Shown one piece after another: positions 36,891-46,525 of a DNA stretch of 64,000 nt. Numbering within the stretch: position 1 is the first letter of the stretch; the number at the start of each line of letters is the position of its first letter. Under the pieces are notes generated by a model. It saw nothing but the letters and a program-made list of their open reading frames with translations, made no database searches and was not told the origin of the DNA. Made by a program: the position numbers and the translations under genes. Location of the stretch: NCBI GenBank assembly GCA_033763315.1, contig JANRKS010000019.1, forward strand, positions 224,001 to 288,000, read 5' to 3'. This DNA is from Deltaproteobacteria bacterium (lineage in GTDB: Bacteria > Myxococcota_A > Polyangia > Fen-1088).

Positions 36891-37813
36891 CAGGAGGGCA
36901 AGATGCGCCCGAGTATTCGATCCAACTCATCGAGAGAATGGAAGAAAATCTCAAGGTGTCCCGTGCCGGGACTTGTCTCAATGATCTTAACCCGCGTGGC
37001 CAAAGACCTTTGCAGACGTTCTGTGAGATCGCGGGCCGCCGCCGATTGGCGCGCGGGCGCCGCGGGCGGGGCAGGAACAGCATGGCTGTCGGTGGGGGTG
37101 CGCGCCTTCTTCACCAACGCCTCAACAGCGCGCACCGAAAGGTTTCGAGCCACCGTTTGTCGCGCCAGTTGTTCGATGGCCATGGCGTTCTCCAGCCCCA
37201 ACAAGGCGCGTGCATGGCCCATCGATAGCTTCTCGTCGACCACCATCGTTTGGACCTTTTCAGGTAGCTTCAGCAACCGCAGTGCGTTTGCCACTGTGCT
37301 GCGATCTTTGCCCACGCGGGCCCCCAACGCGTCCTGGGTGTAACCGAAGTCGCTGATCAAGCGGCTAAGGCCTCGCGCCTCCTCAATGGGGTTCAGATCC
37401 TGTCGCTGCAGGTTCTCAACCAGGGCGGCTTCGGCCGCTTCGCGGTCGGTAAGCTCACGAACCACCACCGGCACTTCGTGCAAGCCCGCGCGCTGAGCCG
37501 CCCGCCATCGCCGCTCGCCAGCCACGATCTCAAAGCCGCCGGTGGCGCTTGGCCGCGCCAAGATCGGCTGGATCACGCCTTGGGCGCGAATCGACTCAGC
37601 AAGTTCGTCAAGGCGTTCGTCATTGAAGGTTTTGCGAGGTTGGGTGCTGCCGGGCCGCAGCTCTTCGATCGGAATCACACGCAGTCCTTCACCCGATGGC
37701 ACGGCAGGCGGCTCAGGCGCCGCGGCTGGTTGGCTTTCAGGGTGAGGGTGGGGTGCCCCCGGGATCAAGGCAGCCAAACCCCGGCCGAGCGCCTTACGCT
37801 TGCCTGCGTTCAC
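36890..37813 (-). CDS. parB: chromosome partitioning protein ParB
   Basis: LGRGLAALI, QPRK, IVAGERRWRAA, ENLQRQDL and HTH VGKDRSTVANALRLL. Confidence 0.96.
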   Translation of the reverse strand: MNAGKRKALGRGLAALIPGAPHPHPESQPAAAPEPPAVPSGEGLRVIPIEELRPGSTQPRKTFNDERLDELAESIRAQGVIQPILARPSATGGFEIVAGERRWRAAQRAGLHEVPVVVRELTDREAAEAALVENLQRQDLNPIEEARGLSRLISDFGYTQDALGARVGKDRSTVANALRLLKLPEKVQTMVVDEKLSMGHARALLGLENAMAIEQLARQTVARNLSVRAVEALVKKARTPTDSHAVPAPPAAPARQSAAARDLTERLQRSLATRVKIIETSPGTGHLEIFFHSLDELDRILGRILPS

Positions 37814-38622
37814 GGCTTGGCCTCATCCTTGGGAGCGGCCGCCATTTTGGTGGTGTGGTCGTCATACCGGCGCAAAAATTCCTTGGCGGCTTCCAGGTAG
37901 CTTTTGGCACCCTTCGAGGCCACGTCATAAAGCAAGATGGGCTTGCCGAACGAGGGAGCCTCCGAAAGCCGTACGTTGCGTGGAATGCTGGCTTCATAGA
38001 CCACAGGCCCGAAGTGGCGTTTCACTTCTTCGGTCACCTGTTCGGTCAGGTTCTGCCGTGTGTCCACCATGCACAACAGGATGCCTTCTATTGCGAGACC
38101 TGGGTTCATTGATCGCCCCACGAGATCGATCGTGTTCTTGAGGTCCGAGAGGCCTTCCAAGGCGTAATATTCGCACTGCAACGGCACCAGCACCGCGTCG
38201 GCCGCGCACAGAGCGTTCAAGGTCAGCAAGCCCAAGGACGGGGGCGTGTCGATCAACACGAAGTCATACTTCGCCGCCAACTGACGCAAGGGTTTGCGCA
38301 GCCGGTTCTCGCGGCCCTCAACGGACACGAGCTCGATCTCGGCACCCGACAGGTTTTGGTTGGCTGGCAGCAGATCTAAAAAGGCCAGCTCCGTCTTGAG
38401 CACCACGTCCGCGATGGCGGCGTCGCCCAAGAGCACATCATAGACGCTGTTCTGCACCGCTTGTTTTGGGTGTCCGAGGCCCGACGTTGCATTGCCTTGT
38501 GGATCCATATCCACGAGCAGCACGCGCTTCTCGGCCGCCGCTAAAGACGCAGCCAGATTAACAGCGGTAGTCGTCTTTCCGACGCCTCCCTTTTGATTCG
38601 CAACCGCGATGACCCGTCCCAT
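37810..38622 (-). CDS. parA: chromosome partitioning ATPase ParA/Soj
   Basis: NQKGGVGKTTT, DMDPQGNAT, IDTPPSLG, QCEYYALEG and IPRNVRLSEAPSFG. Confidence 0.97.
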   Translation of the reverse strand: MGRVIAVANQKGGVGKTTTAVNLAASLAAAEKRVLLVDMDPQGNATSGLGHPKQAVQNSVYDVLLGDAAIADVVLKTELAFLDLLPANQNLSGAEIELVSVEGRENRLRKPLRQLAAKYDFVLIDTPPSLGLLTLNALCAADAVLVPLQCEYYALEGLSDLKNTIDLVGRSMNPGLAIEGILLCMVDTRQNLTEQVTEEVKRHFGPVVYEASIPRNVRLSEAPSFGKPILLYDVASKGAKSYLEAAKEFLRRYDDHTTKMAAAPKDEAKP

Positions 38623-38796
38623 GCTGGGGCGAACGGTCCTAACACTTTCCACACCGGTTCATCAACAAATCCCACGGATATTGCGCAGGTGGCAGAAACT
38701 TTTTGACGAAATCCTACAAAAGGATACTTTATCCTACATGTAGTCGACATGGTGATTCACGCGATGGCGACCGGTGTCCTGATGGGAGAAACAACA

Positions 38797-38976
38797 ATGC
38801 GCGCGTACGAACTGGGCCTGTTCAATAGTTTCGAGGACGTGGAGCGCTGCGAGCTTCGGCAGCTTGATGGGGCCTTCGTGGACGAGATGAATGGCCGTTC
38901 CAACGACGTCTTCTTCGAAGACGGACCGTTCGACGCTCTCGCCGCCGCGCCCTGGGACGACGATTCGCTGTTCTAG
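38797..38976 (+). CDS. small acidic hypothetical protein (59 aa)
   Basis: GGGAGA SD before ATG, GC-rich third positions, stop overlapping the convergent gene. Confidence 0.55.
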   Translation: MRAYELGLFNSFEDVERCELRQLDGAFVDEMNGRSNDVFFEDGPFDALAAAPWDDDSLF

Positions 38977-40022
38977 AAGCTCTGCGTGGGCACGTTGGGG
39001 CGCGCGCGCCGCAACACCTGCTGTCCCACCCCGAAGCTCAATACGATTTCCGCATCCCTCACTTCGCCTTCGTAGCTGTCCAGCTGACGACGTCCGTCGT
39101 CGCACGGGCCCCCCTCAAGGATCTCGAAGCCATGCTCGGCGAACGCGAAGTGGCCCGTTCCTACGGTGCCGCGCACCTCGTAGCGAGTCACGGTGCGGAA
39201 ATCCAAAGAGCCGTTGCATCGGTAAAGACGCCCGTCCGTTGAGCGCTGCTCGACGGTCCGATCGTAAAAGCCCAAAACTTCGTTGCCCTCCTGCACGAGG
39301 TGCCATTCTTCTCGTTCACGTTTGACGTCACCGTTGGGTAAATGCGCCTGCTGCTCCCAAACCCAGTGGCCTTGCACCTTCGGCGGCTTGCCATCGTTGT
39401 GGCCAAGGTTTGGGGGAGGACCGATGAGAGCGAGTGTGTTGCTCCGTGCGCCCAGCGCAAGCTCCGCCGTCGTGGGTGACGTGCGGGGTTTGGCGTTGTG
39501 ACGCCTCACCATACGCTGCTCATGGTTGCCGTCGCTGACGAGCAAGGCGTCGCCAACCAACCGTGCGCGGTAACGCGCAGGATCGCGCGCCGGAGGTTGG
39601 CACGGCCCTTCGGCGTGAGGGGCGCGGCGCTCGGAAATGATCATGAGATCGCCTTGCCTGTGGCCGCTCACCTCGCTTGTGAGCCACGCGGTCAACTGCG
39701 AGCGCCCACTGCAAACAAAGGGTCGACCGTCGCGCGAGATCCGCGTGAGCTCCACGAACAGCACCCCTCGCACGCGCGCGCCCACTTGTTGCAGCCGCCA
39801 CGTGTGGCGTTCAATCTCGCGATCCGGTGGGCCGTGGTCGTTGCTCATGTCGCGATCGAAAGCGCCTTCCCACGTTCCCGTGACGTCGCCTTCCGCGGCC
39901 GCCTCTGGGCGCTCCGATGAGCGGGAATTTGCGCAGCCGCTGACCGCGCACAGGCAGATCACCCCCAGCCAGCTCGTTGTGCGGCTTAAGCGCAAATGGG
40001 TAATTTTACGCGTGTCCAACAT
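38973..40022 (-). CDS. hypothetical lipoprotein with two tandem beta-barrel-like domains
   Basis: VSGC lipobox and internal duplication (VTGTW..WRLQQ..DGRPFVCSG vs VQGHW..WHLVQ..DGRLYRCNG). Start uncertain. Confidence 0.7.
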   Translation of the reverse strand: MLDTRKITHLRLSRTTSWLGVICLCAVSGCANSRSSERPEAAAEGDVTGTWEGAFDRDMSNDHGPPDREIERHTWRLQQVGARVRGVLFVELTRISRDGRPFVCSGRSQLTAWLTSEVSGHRQGDLMIISERRAPHAEGPCQPPARDPARYRARLVGDALLVSDGNHEQRMVRRHNAKPRTSPTTAELALGARSNTLALIGPPPNLGHNDGKPPKVQGHWVWEQQAHLPNGDVKREREEWHLVQEGNEVLGFYDRTVEQRSTDGRLYRCNGSLDFRTVTRYEVRGTVGTGHFAFAEHGFEILEGGPCDDGRRQLDSYEGEVRDAEIVLSFGVGQQVLRRARPNVPTQSF

Positions 40023-40133
40023 TACATAACATCGGGAGCGTTCGCTGGAACATGGAGACAAGAAAAGCAGGCGCCACCATTTTGGTAGGACCTGCATCGC
40101 TAGGGTGGGTGCCGCACGCGGCCGCGCCGCGGG

Positions 40134-40754
40134 TTAGGGGGGGGCGTTCGTTTGGCCCGCTGCTGCTTGGCGTGCCTTGTATTCCGCCTCTTCTTGGGGC
40201 CGGAACTTCTGCACCAGGCGATCCAACTCTGCCTTCACTTCGGGATCCTGCTCATACATGTAGACCGCATGCACCTTCGGCATCAGCACACGGTTCTCGG
40301 GGTCCATGGCCTCAACGGCACGAATTGCCTCAAGGCGCACCCGCTTGTCGGGGTCGGGGAACAGCACAGCGACGGCGTACCGGCCGCTTGGCGGGTTGTG
40401 CTTTTGAAGCCGGCGGATCATCGCGAGTTTTCGTTCGGGATTGGTCTCGTCCATCAAGGCCCCGCCGAGGTGGTCAATCGGAATCGAATCGATGGAAGGT
40501 TGGGCTGGCGCAGGTGCCGTCACCGCTGGCTTCTCCACGGCCACCGGCGCTGTTGGTGGAGGAACCGGCGGTTCTTCAACAGCAGGTGGGGGTTCGGGCG
40601 GCCGTTCGACCACCAAGGGCGGCGGCTCTGAGACGACGCGGGGCTTTGGCGACAGCTGCTTGAAGATTAAGAACGCGCCGCCAGCGGCCGTCAGCGCCAA
40701 AAGCGCAATGGCGGCCTTGACCAAAGGAGAGGCTTGGGTGTCCGTGCGTGCCAT
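40134..40754 (-). CDS. membrane-anchored HEAT-repeat protein
   Basis: N-terminal TM, Pro-rich linker, DPDKRVRLEAIRAV and EQDPEVK. Confidence 0.7.
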   Translation of the reverse strand: MARTDTQASPLVKAAIALLALTAAGGAFLIFKQLSPKPRVVSEPPPLVVERPPEPPPAVEEPPVPPPTAPVAVEKPAVTAPAPAQPSIDSIPIDHLGGALMDETNPERKLAMIRRLQKHNPPSGRYAVAVLFPDPDKRVRLEAIRAVEAMDPENRVLMPKVHAVYMYEQDPEVKAELDRLVQKFRPQEEAEYKARQAAAGQTNAPP

Positions 40755-40844
40755 TGGATGTGAAACCCTCCCGGTCACCATCGACGGGTTGAGGCTGCTT
40801 CCTTAGGACCTCGCACGGGCCTGCGAACCTCGTAGACTGGCCGC

Positions 40845-41594
40845 GTGCCCCTCACACCCGAGACGTGGACCCCCGATAGCCGACCCACCCTGTTCGTGAT
40901 TGGCGCCCGTAGTTTGGGCCGCGCGATCGCTTTACACTTTGGTGCGCAGGGGTGGCGTGTGGTCACCGGCGCCCGCACGGAGGCCGATGTGCAATCCGTG
41001 GCGGCCGCTGTGACGGCTGCGGGCGGGCAGGGCCACGGTGTGGTGTGCGACTTGGGTAAGCCCGAAACGCTGCGGGCGGTGGTGGCGGCAGAACCCAGAA
41101 TTGACCTCTGTGTCGCGGCGCAGACGGCAGGTGGGCGCTTTGGCTCCGTCCCGTTGGTTGAGATGGCCGACGAGGATCTGCAGCGTGGTTTCGAGGGCTA
41201 TGTTAAGGGCACCTGGAACCTCTTGCGGGCCGTAGGGCCGCAGATGTTGGCCGCCGGCTCGGGCACGTTTCTTCAGATCGGGACCTCTTCAGGGGTGCGA
41301 ACGAAGGCCGGTTACGGGGCGCTGGCGGCGGTTCAACACGGATTGCGCGCGCTTGTCCAGGTGGCCGCCAAGGAATGGCGCGACAAGGGCGTACACGTTG
41401 CCTATCTGCCCATCGATGGGCAAATCGAGAATGAACGCAGCGGCGCCTGGATTGAAAAGAACGGCCTTCACCGCGCGATCCCGCAATCGGCCATCGTGCA
41501 GGCCTGCGCCTATTTGCACAGCCAACCGCCGCGGGGCTGGACCCATGAGCTGGTGTTGCGTCCCCCGGGCACCGAGTGGACGGCGCCCACCTAA
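40845..41594 (+). CDS. short-chain dehydrogenase/reductase
   Basis: VIGARSLGRAIA, GTFLQIGTSSG and GVHVAYLPIDG. The YxxxK motif is atypical. Confidence 0.85.
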   Translation: MPLTPETWTPDSRPTLFVIGARSLGRAIALHFGAQGWRVVTGARTEADVQSVAAAVTAAGGQGHGVVCDLGKPETLRAVVAAEPRIDLCVAAQTAGGRFGSVPLVEMADEDLQRGFEGYVKGTWNLLRAVGPQMLAAGSGTFLQIGTSSGVRTKAGYGALAAVQHGLRALVQVAAKEWRDKGVHVAYLPIDGQIENERSGAWIEKNGLHRAIPQSAIVQACAYLHSQPPRGWTHELVLRPPGTEWTAPT

Positions 41595-41699
41595 GGCGCC
41601 CCCTAAGTTCGCGAAAAAAGTCATCCCCCGCCCACTCCCACATCGGGTCGGCTTGGTTTATGTTACCGCCTCCCTTCCTAAGGAAAGAGACACACCCTG

Positions 41700-42779
41700 A
41701 TGAGCACGCGCCTGTTTAACTTCTCCGCCGGTCCCGGTACGCTTCCGTTGGAGGTGCTTGAGGCATCCGCGCAAGCCTTGGTGGATTTTCAAGGCAAAGG
41801 CGTCGGCATCGCGGAGGTCAGCCACCGCGGAAAAGAATTCGACGGGGTTTTGGATGAGGCCATCGCCAAGTGCAAATCGCTGCTCAACGTGCCCGACACG
41901 CATGACATTTTGTTCATGCAGGGCGGCGCCACACAGATGTTCAACGTGATTCCGATGAACATCTTGTCGGGTCCGGCAGAATACGTTTCAAGTGGTCAAT
42001 GGTCGCAAAAAGCGGCAAAAACGGCCAAAGCGGCTTACGGCGACAAGATCAAGATCATCGGATCAAGCGAAGAGACCAACTTCGACCGTCCCGCCACGGG
42101 CTGGACAGCTTCACCTGAGGCTGCCTATTTGCACGTCTGCTCGAACGAAACCGTACACGGCCACCGCTTGGTGGTGTGGCCCGAGCACCCAACGTTGGTG
42201 GTTGACGCCAGCTCCGAGATGATGGCCCGGCCGCACCCAATCGATCGGACGGCCTTGGTGTACGCGGGCGCTCAGAAAAATTTGGGCCCGTCGGGCGTGG
42301 TGCTGGTGATCGTGCGCAAAGATCTTTACGCCCGCATCCCCAAGAGCACGCCTGAGATTTTTAACTTTAAGGTGTTCGCCGACAATAAGAGCTGCCTCAA
42401 CACGCCGCCCACGTTTGGCATTTACGTGCTGATGGAAATGTTCCGCTGGATGGAACGTCAAGGTGGCCTGGCGGCCATTGAAAAACGCAACGCCGAGAAG
42501 GCAAAGACGATTTATGAGGCCATTGACGCTTCGGGTGGCTTTTACAAAGGCACGGTTTCCGACGTGGCGGCACGGAGCCACATGAACGTGACCTTCAAGC
42601 TGCCTTCCGAAGAACTGGACGACGCCTTCATTAAGGAATGCGCCAAGGACAATATGGTCGCCCTAAAGGGATACCGTTCCGTCGGTGGCATTCGAGCTTC
42701 CATTTATAACGCGATGCCTTTAGAAGGCTGTCAGGCGCTGGCCGCAAAGATGCGGCAGTTTGCTGCGAGCCGGGGCTAG
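41700..42779 (+). CDS. serC: phosphoserine aminotransferase
   Basis: FNFSAGP, SHR, QGGA, AGAQKNLGPSG, NTPP and GYRSVGGIRASIYNA. Confidence 0.97.
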   Translation: MSTRLFNFSAGPGTLPLEVLEASAQALVDFQGKGVGIAEVSHRGKEFDGVLDEAIAKCKSLLNVPDTHDILFMQGGATQMFNVIPMNILSGPAEYVSSGQWSQKAAKTAKAAYGDKIKIIGSSEETNFDRPATGWTASPEAAYLHVCSNETVHGHRLVVWPEHPTLVVDASSEMMARPHPIDRTALVYAGAQKNLGPSGVVLVIVRKDLYARIPKSTPEIFNFKVFADNKSCLNTPPTFGIYVLMEMFRWMERQGGLAAIEKRNAEKAKTIYEAIDASGGFYKGTVSDVAARSHMNVTFKLPSEELDDAFIKECAKDNMVALKGYRSVGGIRASIYNAMPLEGCQALAAKMRQFAASRG

Positions 42780-42903
42780 CGCGCGAAGGCGCACTTTAGA
42801 CTCGCCCACGTTTGGGGTTTGCCTTGTCGGCCAGGTGTACTAGAACACCGCCCCGAAAAGGCGAGTCATTTCCCGCCAGAACGAACAAAGGACCGAACGG
42901 TAA

Positions 42904-43860
42904 ATGTCGCACGATCAATTGCGGGTGCTTGTTGCTGATGAGATGGCCGCGGATGCGGTTTCAATCATGAGCAACGCAGGCTTGAAGGTGGACGTCAACA
43001 CGGGCCGCACGCCCGAGCAGCTCAAGGAAATCATCGGCCAATATCACGGCCTCGCGGTGCGTTCGGCGTCAAAGGTGACCGCCGCCATTTTGGAAAGCGC
43101 CACACATTTGAAGATCGTGGGCCGCGCCGGCGTGGGCGTCGACAACATCGATGTGGACGCCGCTACGAAGAAGGGCGTGCTTGTGATCAACACGCCCGCG
43201 GGCAACGGCATCGCTGCGGGCGAATTGGCCCTCGGCTACATCTTCGCGTTGGCGCGCAAGCTGCCACAATCCACCGCCAGCATGAAGGCCGGCCAGTGGG
43301 ACAAAAAATCCTTCATGGGCGTTGAGATCACGGGCAAAACACTGGGTGTTGTGGGTTTCGGCAACATTGGACGCATGGTGGGCGACCGCGCCGTGGGGCT
43401 GAAGATGAAGGTGCTGGCCTACGATCCGCACATCGCCCCCGGTTCTGGGCCACCGGCAGGCACTGAGTTTGTGTCGCTGGAAGATCTGATCTCGCGGTCA
43501 GATTTCATCACCCTGCACATGCCGCTGACGCCGCAGACCAAAGGCCTGTTTGGCCGCGAAAACCTGCTGAAAATGAAGAAGAGCGCCTATCTCATCAACT
43601 GTGCCCGCGGCGGCATCGTTGATGAACAAGCGCTTTACGAGGTTATGAAAGACGGCCACCTGGCGGGCGCCGCTTTGGACGTGTTCGAGCAGGAGCCTTG
43701 CGGCCCGCTGCCCGTGTTGCAATTGCCGAACGTGTTGTCGTCGCCTCACACGGGGGCTTCCACAAAAGAGGCACAGGTCAAAGTCGCCATCGAGCTGGCC
43801 GAAGTTTTCGTGGATTATCTGCTAAAGGGCAGCGTCCGCAACGCGGTGAACAAGCTTTAA
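42904..43860 (+). CDS. serA: D-3-phosphoglycerate dehydrogenase (short form, no ACT domain)
   Basis: [27 protein letters not shown] and SPHTGAST. Adjacent to serC. Confidence 0.88.
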   Translation: MSHDQLRVLVADEMAADAVSIMSNAGLKVDVNTGRTPEQLKEIIGQYHGLAVRSASKVTAAILESATHLKIVGRAGVGVDNIDVDAATKKGVLVINTPAGNGIAAGELALGYIFALARKLPQSTASMKAGQWDKKSFMGVEITGKTLGVVGFGNIGRMVGDRAVGLKMKVLAYDPHIAPGSGPPAGTEFVSLEDLISRSDFITLHMPLTPQTKGLFGRENLLKMKKSAYLINCARGGIVDEQALYEVMKDGHLAGAALDVFEQEPCGPLPVLQLPNVLSSPHTGASTKEAQVKVAIELAEVFVDYLLKGSVRNAVNKL

Positions 43861-43881
43861 CCGCGTCACCGAAGAAGCCTT

Positions 43882-45093
43882 ATGGTTGAACCACTCTCAC
43901 TTCGTCTGCCCGCCGGCATTCGCGATTTTGCACCGGGCGCCGCAGCCGCACGTCGACAGATCGCTGAGACGCTCATCGGCGTCTTTGAACGCTGGGGCTA
44001 CGCGCAGGTCATCACACCGGCCTTCGAATACGAAGCCGTCTTGGCGCTGGGGTTAGGCAGCGATGGGCGCGCGTCTGCGCTGCGTTTCGTTGAGCCAAGC
44101 TCGGGGCAGGTGCTGGCTCTGCGGCCCGACATCACGCCGCAGATCGCTCGTTTGATGGCCACGCGTTTTCGCGACGAAGTGGGGCCCATTCGCATGTGTT
44201 ACGAAGGCCCTGTGTTTCGCTACGATGCGGCGGCGCGCGCGCAACGAGAGCTGATTCAAGCGGGCGTTGAACTGGCTGGCGTGCAGGGCGCCGATGGTGA
44301 CGTCGAAGTGATTGGCACGGCTTTGGACGCGCTCACCGCCGCTGGTTTGCCTGAGGTCACCATCGACCTCGCCCATCCAGGGCTTGCGCGTTCTGTGATT
44401 GAAGCCGCGCGTCTGCCTGAGCCGCTTGTGCCTGTGTTCCGTCAGCGCTTGGCTAAACGCGATCGCGCGGGCGTGGCCGAACTGCTCACGCAGGCCTCGG
44501 GACCGAAGGCGATGCTTGCCTTTGCCGCGTTGTTGCCTGCGTTTTCGGGTGGCCCCGCCATTCTCGAGAACGCGGCCGCCAGCGCGCCCAGCCCTGATGT
44601 GCGCAACGCTTTGGCAGACCTGCGTGAAGTGGTTGATCGCCTGTTGAAGCGTGGCGTAGCTAAATCCCGCCTTCACGTTGATTTGGGTGAGGTGCGCGGC
44701 TTCGATTATTACACCGGCGTGCGCTTTCAGGGCTTTGTCCACGGCGCCGCGGACGCGATCGTTGCCGGTGGCCGTTACGACGCTCTCATGGGGCGCTATG
44801 GCAGGCCGCGGCCTGCCGTGGGTTTCGCCATCGACGTGGAATTAACGGCAGGCGCCCTGGAAGAGCAACACGGCGGTTTGCCCGTGGGCCCGCGCAATGG
44901 CCAAGGCGGCGTGCTGGTTGTTGGCGAGCCTGCCGCGGCGGAAGCGCAGGCCCACAAGCTGCGCGATGCCGGTACCCGGGCCGCGGTGGCGGGGCCCATG
45001 GATTCCGAGGACGCGCGGGCTTACGCGCGCCGCTGGGGGTACAGTGAAGTTCTTTTGGCAGGGAAGAAAACCAAAACCCTGTCCGTCGAGTGA
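43882..45093 (+). CDS. hisZ: ATP phosphoribosyltransferase regulatory subunit
   Basis: LRPDITPQIAR, RELIQAGVEL, YYTG and GGRYD. Upstream of purA. Confidence 0.92.
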   Translation: MVEPLSLRLPAGIRDFAPGAAAARRQIAETLIGVFERWGYAQVITPAFEYEAVLALGLGSDGRASALRFVEPSSGQVLALRPDITPQIARLMATRFRDEVGPIRMCYEGPVFRYDAAARAQRELIQAGVELAGVQGADGDVEVIGTALDALTAAGLPEVTIDLAHPGLARSVIEAARLPEPLVPVFRQRLAKRDRAGVAELLTQASGPKAMLAFAALLPAFSGGPAILENAAASAPSPDVRNALADLREVVDRLLKRGVAKSRLHVDLGEVRGFDYYTGVRFQGFVHGAADAIVAGGRYDALMGRYGRPRPAVGFAIDVELTAGALEEQHGGLPVGPRNGQGGVLVVGEPAAAEAQAHKLRDAGTRAAVAGPMDSEDARAYARRWGYSEVLLAGKKTKTLSVE

Positions 45094-45109
45094 AAGTGGA
45101 AAAGAGAAA

Positions 45110-46390
45110 ATGCCTGTAGCTGTCGTTGTTGGAGCCCAATGGGGGGACGAGGGGAAGGGGAAGGTCGTTGACCTTTTGACTGAGAACGCTGACGTCGTTG
45201 CCCGTTGGGGTGGTGGCGCCAACGCCGGTCATACGTTGGTTGTGGATGGGCAAAAATACGTCACCCACTTGATGCCTTCGGGCGTGCTGCGCCGCCAAGT
45301 TACGTGCGTGGTGGGCGAGGGCATGGTGATCGACCCCAAGATCCTGCTGGAGGAGATCCGCGCCTTCAAAAAGCACGGTCTGCTCGCTGATTCATCAAAA
45401 CTTCTGATTTCCAGGCGCGCGCACATGACTTTGCCGCACCACCGGATCTTGGATGGCGTACGTGAGCAAGGTCCGGCGGCCGTGGGCTCGACCAAACGGG
45501 GCATTGGCCCCACCTATGAAAGCAAAGCGGCCCGCACAGGCCTGCGCATCGACGACCTTTACCGGCCTGATCGGTTTCGCAAACGCTTGGAAGCCAACCT
45601 GCAGCTGTTGGGTCCTGTGTTTGCCGATGCGAAGGATCAACTGCCGAGCGTGGAGTCGGTGATCAAAGAGTATCTGGCTTACGGCGAAGAGTTGGCGCCC
45701 TACGTGGGCGACGCTTCGTACTTTCTAAACAAGCAGATCGACGCCGGGAAGAATGTGCTGCTTGAAGGCGCGCAAGGCGTGCTCTTGGACATCGACCACG
45801 GCACGTACCCGTTTGTGACGTCGTCGTCAACGACGGCCGGCGGCGCTTGCGCGGCGTTGGGCATTGGGCCCACGAAGATCAAGACCGTGATCGGGATCGT
45901 GAAGGCCTACGCCACCCGCGTGGGGATGGGGCCGTTCCCCACAGAGCTGGATGACGCCGTGGGTGCCAAGATTCGCGAAGCGGGGGCCGAGTTCGGCTCC
46001 ACCACGGGGCGCCCTCGTCGCTGCGGCTGGCTGGATATGCCGGCGTTGCGTTTGGCCATCCGCCTGTCCGGCATCGAGAGCCTGGCGTTGACCAAGCTCG
46101 ACGTCCTTTCCGGGATGGAGACGGTGAAGGTTTGCGTGGCCTACAAGCTGCGTGGCAAGCTTTTGGAAGAGATGCCGTGTGACCCCGAGGACGTCGACGA
46201 GGTCGAACCGGTGTACGAAGAGCACCCAGGATGGAAGCAGACCAAGGCTGATGGTGGCCTCGACGGCTTGCCTGAAACCGCCGCGAAGTACCTCGATCGC
46301 GTGAGCGAATTGGCAGGAATCCCGCTAAGTTTGATCTCTGTGGGGCCCGGTCGCGACGAGACCATCGTCAAGGGCCACCCCTTCGAGTGA
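45110..46390 (+). CDS. purA: adenylosuccinate synthetase
   Basis: GAQWGDEGKGK, GGANAGHT, EGAQG and TTGRPRRCGW. Confidence 0.98.
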   Translation: MPVAVVVGAQWGDEGKGKVVDLLTENADVVARWGGGANAGHTLVVDGQKYVTHLMPSGVLRRQVTCVVGEGMVIDPKILLEEIRAFKKHGLLADSSKLLISRRAHMTLPHHRILDGVREQGPAAVGSTKRGIGPTYESKAARTGLRIDDLYRPDRFRKRLEANLQLLGPVFADAKDQLPSVESVIKEYLAYGEELAPYVGDASYFLNKQIDAGKNVLLEGAQGVLLDIDHGTYPFVTSSSTTAGGACAALGIGPTKIKTVIGIVKAYATRVGMGPFPTELDDAVGAKIREAGAEFGSTTGRPRRCGWLDMPALRLAIRLSGIESLALTKLDVLSGMETVKVCVAYKLRGKLLEEMPCDPEDVDEVEPVYEEHPGWKQTKADGGLDGLPETAAKYLDRVSELAGIPLSLISVGPGRDETIVKGHPFE

Positions 46391-46452
46391 CTCAAAAACG
46401 AACTTATTGATATTTTTTCGGTTCGCCGGCCCTGCCAACATGCGTTGGTCTC

Positions 46453-46481
46453 TTGCCACAGGGTCGGCCTGTCGTTATTGT
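46453..46481 (+). promoter_or_regulatory. putative sigma70 promoter of the gltJ-like gene
   Basis: TTGCCA-N17-TATTGT. Confidence 0.5.
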
Positions 46482-46525
46482 GGCCGAGGCAGCCCGGTGG
46501 AGGCTGCTAACTCTATGAGGGCTCA

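Noticed and set aside
38623-38796. Possible oriC next to parAB
   Set aside because: Short region with only degenerate DnaA-like boxes, and no dnaA, dnaN or gyrB in the window.
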